A program made the position numbers and the translations under genes. The notes below the pieces were generated by a model. The model did no database searches. It had not been told where the DNA came from and worked only from the letters and a program-made list of their open reading frames with translations. This document shows, in pieces, positions 58,503 to 64,000 of a stretch of DNA of 64,000 nt. Source of the stretch: Bacillota bacterium (lineage in GTDB: Bacteria > Bacillota > JAAYKD01); contig OY762825.2 of assembly GCA_963666425.2 (NCBI GenBank), positions 320,001-384,000 on the forward strand. The letters run 5' to 3'. The stretch's first letter is position 1; every line of letters starts with the position of its first letter.

Positions 58503-60269
58503 TTATGATGCTTCTGTTTCGATGATCAAGTTGGTAATGCAGTTATTTTTCACATCAATCAAGCCATAATCAGTCAAACCAAGCTCGGGAACGGTCGGCA
58601 GAGATAAAAAGGATAAAGTCATAAAGGGAGCTTTCATGGTGCAGCCCAAACGGACGACAGCCGCATTGAGCGCATTCATTCGCTGCATCACTTGCTTTGC
58701 CGGTAAAATGCTCATCAACCCTGCTAAAGGCAGAGCAAAGGAATCCAGCACTTTTCCTTCCGCTGCCGCCGCAAACCCGCCATGCAGGCGTACGACTTCC
58801 TGAACCGCGGTATAGATATCCGTTTCATTGCAGCCAACCGCCACAATATTATGATGATCATGTGAGACGGAAGCCGCCAATGCTCCTTGACTGAGCTGAA
58901 AACCCTGCACCAGCGCATTGGCCACCCGACCATTTTTACCATAGCGTTCTACCACAGCCAGTTGCAGCAGATCGCGCTGCAAATCGGCTTTGATCTCCCC
59001 TTCCACAACCTGCAGCCACTCTCTTTTTTCCAGATTAATGATCTGATCCGGAATCAGCGCAATCACACGGCAGAGAGCTCGACGCCCTTCGGTTTTAATT
59101 AGAAAACTCTCGGGTGATAGTTTTTCGGAAACATGAACGGTATCAAACAACGCAGCCGGGTAATTTTTCATGGTGCAAGAAACGGCAATCCCATTCTCCG
59201 CTACGACGCGGCCTGCTTTCAGCACCATAACCGGACGAATCTGCTTCAGATCATCGAGCAGCAGAATATCGGCATAGCGTCCCGGTGCTAAGGATCCGAT
59301 TTGATGATCTAAATGAAAATGCTTTGCCGCATTGATGGTAGCAATTTGAATCGCTTGGATCGGTTCCATACCCAAATCGATGGTCTTCTGTAAGTTATAG
59401 CTGATATGGCCTTCTCTTTCAATATCATTGACATGTTTGTCGTCGGTACAGAACATCAGATTCTCCGTCGGCAAGTGCTGCGCGATGACTCCTTGCATCA
59501 ATGCCTCGACATTTCGTTCGCTGCTGCCTTCCCGTACCAGCGCTGCCATCCCCAGCCGCAGGCGCTGCAGCAATTCTTCAAAGCGAACCGATTCGTGATC
59601 GTCCGCCAAATGGGCGGCGGCGTAAACATTCAGTTCCGCCTCCGTCAGACCGATCGCGTGTCCGTTACAAATTTTGCCTTGCGCCAATGCTGTCAGGATT
59701 TTTTGCAGATATTCTTCTTTACCGCCAAGCACTTTCGAAGGATCGAGTTCACCCAAACTGATGGTTTGTTCCAGTTTTAAGAGCTGTTCCACCTCTGCCA
59801 CACCAAGCACCGCGCCGGTGGTTTCTAATCCGGGCGCTGTCGGCACTCTGGAGGGAATTTCTAAGAAAATACGAAAGGGCAGCGCTTCCGCATCTTTCAC
59901 GAGAGCCAACAAACCTTCAATTCCCGCCACATTGGCAATCTCCATCGCGTCCACACAGAGTGTCGTACTACCCCAGGGAACAATCACCTCGGCGAGCGCT
60001 TCCGGCGTCAGCAGCGTTGTTTCCAAGTGAATATGCGCATCGATCAAACCGGGAATAGCGTATCTCGCTTGGCCATCGATGGTTTTTTTAGCTTTTTGTT
60101 CTATTGAAGGATGAATTGAAACGATTTTTCCCTGAAAAATCCCGATCGAGGCAGGGTAAATCTCCTTACTGAACACATTGACCAATTTAATATTCTTGAG
60201 CAGCAGATCCAGTTCTCTCTTCCCGGCGGCTGCTTCCAGTTCTGCTTTGAAAGCTGTTATTTCCAACAT
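58503..60269 (-). CDS. Adenine deaminase-family amidohydrolase (second, divergent paralogue)
   Basis: DAHIHLE, DDHE, REGSS, CTDD, SVSHDHHN; start at MLEITAF. Confidence 0.85.
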   Translation of the reverse strand: MLEITAFKAELEAAAGKRELDLLLKNIKLVNVFSKEIYPASIGIFQGKIVSIHPSIEQKAKKTIDGQARYAIPGLIDAHIHLETTLLTPEALAEVIVPWGSTTLCVDAMEIANVAGIEGLLALVKDAEALPFRIFLEIPSRVPTAPGLETTGAVLGVAEVEQLLKLEQTISLGELDPSKVLGGKEEYLQKILTALAQGKICNGHAIGLTEAELNVYAAAHLADDHESVRFEELLQRLRLGMAALVREGSSERNVEALMQGVIAQHLPTENLMFCTDDKHVNDIEREGHISYNLQKTIDLGMEPIQAIQIATINAAKHFHLDHQIGSLAPGRYADILLLDDLKQIRPVMVLKAGRVVAENGIAVSCTMKNYPAALFDTVHVSEKLSPESFLIKTEGRRALCRVIALIPDQIINLEKREWLQVVEGEIKADLQRDLLQLAVVERYGKNGRVANALVQGFQLSQGALAASVSHDHHNIVAVGCNETDIYTAVQEVVRLHGGFAAAAEGKVLDSFALPLAGLMSILPAKQVMQRMNALNAAVVRLGCTMKAPFMTLSFLSLPTVPELGLTDYGLIDVKNNCITNLIIETEAS

Positions 60270-60294
60270 ATTTTCCTTTCCAATACAAGCAAGT

Positions 60295-61269
60295 TTAGAG
60301 TACTCTGTTCCTGCCGCTGTTTTTGGCTTTGTAGAGTTGTTGATCTGCTTTGTCAATCAATGCGATAATTTCTTCCTGTGTATAAACAGCAATCCCTGCG
60401 CTGACGGTGATCTTGATGCCGTTTTCCATTTCCAGATTCTCAATCGTTCTGCGGATCCTTTCGGTCACTGTAAAGGCATTTTCCTTGCTTGTATTGGGAT
60501 AGATGACAAGGAATTCTTCACCGCCATACCTACCGACAGCATCAAGTCCCCGAAGAGAATCATGAATTGTTTTTGCGGTTTTTTCCAACACTAGATCACC
60601 AAAGGTATGACCCCAGGTATCATTGACGTTTTTAAACAAATCGATGTCGATCATAGCGATGGAAAGCGGATAATGCTGCAGAATCGCTTGATTGAGTCTG
60701 AGCTTCAGCTCATCCAGAATCGCTCTGCGGTTTAATATCCCTGTTAAGGCATCGATGGAAGATTGTTCGGTCAATAGCAAATTTCTTTCGGCTAATTGCA
60801 GTTCCTGCAGTTTTTTTTCGGTGATGTCAAAGACAATGCCGGCCAAAAATTCCGGTTTACCTTGCGCATCCCTTTGGGTAATTTTGCCGCGGTCATAAAA
60901 CCACTTCCAGGTTCCTGCCTTGGCTTGAATGCGATATTCAATCTCATAGACTGGACTCTCACCTTTTAAATGTGCTGACATCGCCTGCATGGTCTTTTGA
61001 TAATCGTCTGGATGCAATTTTTCAGTAAAAAAGCGAAAACTGATTTTCGTTGGCAGCTCAGTCATTTGATATCCCAGCGATTCCACTTTAAGCGGGTTAA
61101 AAACCACACTATCTGTCTTGATATTCCAATACCAGTGTCCTAAATTGCCGGTCCAACTAAATTCCAGTTTGGTTGCCTGGTGTTGTTCAGCCAACAGTTC
61201 TCGATTCAGCATCTTCATTTCATCTATCATCTCAACCAGCTGCTCTCTGCTATACATCGAATAATCCAA
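60295..61269 (-). CDS. PAS-domain diguanylate cyclase
   Basis: PAS_3-type HPDD...EYRI; DALTG, DIDLFK, RxxD I-site, GGEEF; TTG start after GAGGTG. Confidence 0.9.
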   Translation of the reverse strand: MDYSMYSREQLVEMIDEMKMLNRELLAEQHQATKLEFSWTGNLGHWYWNIKTDSVVFNPLKVESLGYQMTELPTKISFRFFTEKLHPDDYQKTMQAMSAHLKGESPVYEIEYRIQAKAGTWKWFYDRGKITQRDAQGKPEFLAGIVFDITEKKLQELQLAERNLLLTEQSSIDALTGILNRRAILDELKLRLNQAILQHYPLSIAMIDIDLFKNVNDTWGHTFGDLVLEKTAKTIHDSLRGLDAVGRYGGEEFLVIYPNTSKENAFTVTERIRRTIENLEMENGIKITVSAGIAVYTQEEIIALIDKADQQLYKAKNSGRNRVL

Positions 61270-61427
61270 TCTTGCCACCTCGCTTTTTGCTTGATGCCAT
61301 CGGGTTGGCGCCATAGCTGCTGATCTTCTTGGCGAACGCCTGCTTTTTGCATGCTGTTTAATTTGACAGACGGAAAGCGATTCCCTGCTTGACAGAGAAA
61401 ATTGCAAACGCTCGGGACTACCCCGTA

Positions 61428-61470
61428 CAAAAATAAGGAGAGTCACTCGTAGAGGACTCCCCTTTTTTAT
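61428..61470. terminator. Terminator after the PFOR gene
   Basis: AAGGAGAGTC...GACTCCCCTT with flanking A/T runs. Confidence 0.6.
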
Positions 61471-61483
61471 ACCAGGTTTCCGA

Positions 61484-64000
61484 CTATTTATACAAATCAA
61501 CCAGTTTCAGTAAATGTGCATAGCGGTCAGCTGCTGCTTTTTCGGATTTGGCAAACAGGTCGTCTGCGCGTGCCGGGAAAGCAAGTTTCAGACTGCTATA
61601 ACGGGTTTCGTTATTCAGGAAATTCTGATAAGTACCATCACCCGGCTTGGAAGTCAGAGTGAACGGGTTCTTACCTTCCGCTTTTAAGGCTGGATTGAAG
61701 GAGAATAAGTTCCAGTAACCCGCCTTGACTGCCGCTTTCATTTCATCCTGGCAGTGATTCATACCACCTTTGACTCCATGCAGTTCGCAGGGTGCATAAG
61801 CGATGATCAGCGAAGGTCCGTTATAAGCTTCCGCTTCTGCAATCACTTTTACCGCCTGCGCCGGGTTGGCGCCGATGGCGATTTGCGCCACATAAACATA
61901 ACCATAAGTCATAGCGATTTCAGAAAGACTCTTCTTGCTGATCTCTTTGCCGGCCGCGGCAAACTGACACACTTCACCGATATTGGAGGCCTTGGAAGCT
62001 TGACCACCGGTATTGGAATACATTTCGGTATCGAAAACCATCACATTGACATTTTCTCCGGAAGCCAGAACATGATCCAGGCCGCCGTAACCGATATCAT
62101 ATGCCCAACCATCGCCGCCCAGGATCCAAACGGATTTCTTGGCCAGATATTGTTTTTTATCCAGAATGGCTTTTGTGAAGGGACAACCGTTGGCGTCCGC
62201 TTTTTCCACTTCGACCAACAGTGCATCGGCAGCTGCTTTGTTTTCTTTGGTGCTCTCCTTGGTCTCAACAAATTTCGCATAAGCCGCTTGGAATTCCGGG
62301 CTGGACTTTGGCGAAGCCGCCATTTTTTCCAATTGCGCTATGGCTTGACCGCGCAGAGTTTTTTGGCCGAGATAGATACCCAAACCGTGTTCGGCATTGT
62401 CTTCAAACAAAGAGTTTGCCCAAGCCGGACCCATTTTCGAATCCTTGTTGATGGTATACGGGCTGGTGGCAGCCGGGCCGCCCCAGATGGAAGAACAACC
62501 GGTCGCATTGGAAATATACATATGCTCGCCGAAAAGCTGGGTTAAAATACGGGCATAAGAAGTTTCGGCACAACCGGCACAGCTGCCGGAGAATTCCAAC
62601 AGCGGTTGATTGAACTGAGAACCTTTGACCGTGGTATCGGCTGGCATCCCGGGTTTCTTGCTGACATTGCTGACCAGGTAATCAAAGACCGGCTGCATTT
62701 CGATTTGGCTTTCCTGCGGCACCATTTTGATCGCCTTGGCAGGACATACGGTAATGCATTCGCCGCAGCCCATGCAATCCAGCGGGGAAATACTCATGGT
62801 AAATTGATAGTCGCTGGCTTTCGGTTTGGTATCTGCCAATTTGATCTGAGCAGGTGCTGCTTTCACTTCCGCTGCATTCAGCATAAACGGACGAATGGTA
62901 GCATGTGAACAGACGAAAGCGCAGTTATTGCATTGAATGCAAACCTGTGGATCCCACTCGGGAATTGCCACAGCGATGCCGCGTTTTTCGTAAGCAGAGG
63001 CGCCCAGCTCGAATTGTCCGGTCTGATAATCCATGAAGGCAGAAACGGGCAGACTGTCGCCATCCATTAAACCGATGGGCTGTAAGAGATTCTTGACCAT
63101 CTTGACTGTTTCCGGACGGCCGGTCAATTCAGCTTTGACAGCATCCGCTTCCGGATTAGCCCAGGCAGCCGGTACTTCCACTTTATGCAAAGCGTCGAGA
63201 CCCGCATCGATCGCTTTGTAATTCATCTCAACAATCGCATCGCCTTTGCTGCCATAGGATTTCTTGGCGGCGGCTTTCATATATTCAATGGCCTTTTCAA
63301 TCGGCATGACATTGGCTAATTTGAAGAAAGCAGACTGCAGAATGGTATTGGTGCGTTTGCCCATACCGATTTCAATCGCTTTATCAATGGCATTGATCGT
63401 ATAGACCTGAATCTTGTTGCTCGCAATATATTTTTTGGCTTCGGCATTCAATTTGGTAGCCAGTTCCTCATCAGACCATTGGCAGTTGATCATAAAGACG
63501 CCGCCGGGTTTGACATCCTGAACCAGCTTATATCCCTGGATAACATAGGATGGATTATGGCAGGCGACGAAATCTGCCTGATTGATGTAATAAGGACTCT
63601 TGATCGGTTTATCACCAAAGCGCAGATGAGAAATGGTGATGCCGCCGGTCTTCTTGGAATCGTATTGGAAGTAAGCTTGGATGAATTTTTCGGTATGATC
63701 GCCAATGATCTTAGTGGAATTTTTATTGGCGCCAACCGTTCCATCCCCGCCCAAACCCCAGAATTTGCATTCTACCGTGCCAGGCGCGGAGGTAATCGGT
63801 GCCGGTTTGATTTCCGGTAAGCTTAAGTTGGTCACGTCGTCCACGATACCGATGGTAAACCGGGATTTGGGAGCCGCTTTTTCCAACTCTTTATAGACAG
63901 CGAAAACGGAAGATGGCGGCGTATCTTTGGAGCCGAGGCCATAACGTCCGCCGGTGATGACTATGTCATTTAAGGCAGCTTCACGCAGGGTGACGGCAAC
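61484..64000 (-). CDS. nifJ: Pyruvate:ferredoxin (flavodoxin) oxidoreductase, 5' part outside the window
   Basis: GLGGDGTVGANK, CIQCNNC and CMGCGEC ferredoxin motifs, GSCAGCAE, ATGCSSIWG, GGDGW TPP motif. Confidence 0.97.
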   Translation of the reverse strand, partial: VAVTLREAALNDIVITGGRYGLGSKDTPPSSVFAVYKELEKAAPKSRFTIGIVDDVTNLSLPEIKPAPITSAPGTVECKFWGLGGDGTVGANKNSTKIIGDHTEKFIQAYFQYDSKKTGGITISHLRFGDKPIKSPYYINQADFVACHNPSYVIQGYKLVQDVKPGGVFMINCQWSDEELATKLNAEAKKYIASNKIQVYTINAIDKAIEIGMGKRTNTILQSAFFKLANVMPIEKAIEYMKAAAKKSYGSKGDAIVEMNYKAIDAGLDALHKVEVPAAWANPEADAVKAELTGRPETVKMVKNLLQPIGLMDGDSLPVSAFMDYQTGQFELGASAYEKRGIAVAIPEWDPQVCIQCNNCAFVCSHATIRPFMLNAAEVKAAPAQIKLADTKPKASDYQFTMSISPLDCMGCGECITVCPAKAIKMVPQESQIEMQPVFDYLVSNVSKKPGMPADTTVKGSQFNQPLLEFSGSCAGCAETSYARILTQLFGEHMYISNATGCSSIWGGPAATSPYTINKDSKMGPAWANSLFEDNAEHGLGIYLGQKTLRGQAIAQLEKMAASPKSSPEFQAAYAKFVETKESTKENKAAADALLVEVEKADANGCPFTKAILDKKQYLAKKSVWILGGDGWAYDIGYGGLDHVLASGENVNVMVFDTEMYSNTGGQASKASNIGEVCQFAAAGKEISKKSLSEIAMTYGYVYVAQIAIGANPAQAVKVIAEAEAYNGPSLIIAYAPCELHGVKGGMNHCQDEMKAAVKAGYWNLFSFNPALKAEGKNPFTLTSKPGDGTYQNFLNNETRYSSLKLAFPARADDLFAKSEKAAADRYAHLLKLVDLYK

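Noticed and set aside
61270-61500. N-terminal extension of the GGDEF ORF
   Set aside because: It overlaps the PFOR stop and terminator; the SD supports a start near 61269

Overview
This 64-kb window looks like chromosomal DNA from an anaerobic Bacillota (Firmicutes) bacterium, judged from ylxM/ylqD/rbgA, an SLH-anchored surface protein and pyruvate:ferredoxin oxidoreductase. Most genes are on the minus strand. It holds the conserved ylxM-ffh-rpsP-KH-ylqD-rimM-trmD-rplS-SPase I-rbgA-rnhB cluster, a giant ~3,600-aa SLH surface protein, two adenine deaminase paralogues and many transporters and hydrolases. I found no rRNA, tRNA, CRISPR array, prophage or transposase. The strongest non-obvious signal is a short, apparently editing-deficient threonyl-tRNA synthetase. 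It is preceded by a 19-codon leader peptide with four consecutive Thr codons and alternative terminator/antiterminator helices, and I see no T-box. This suggests a ribosome-mediated Thr-tRNA sensor. Other candidates are a leader-peptide attenuator before a CD3324-family/serine hydrolase pair, a ~680-nt highly structured leader with a uORF before an M20 amidohydrolase-DUF3100 operon, a BNR sialidase-like/NUDIX fusion, REP-like elements, and active-site substitutions in signal peptidase I and RNase HII. All family calls come from recognising motifs by eye, and all RNA structures from manual pairing. No database searches or folding programs were run.
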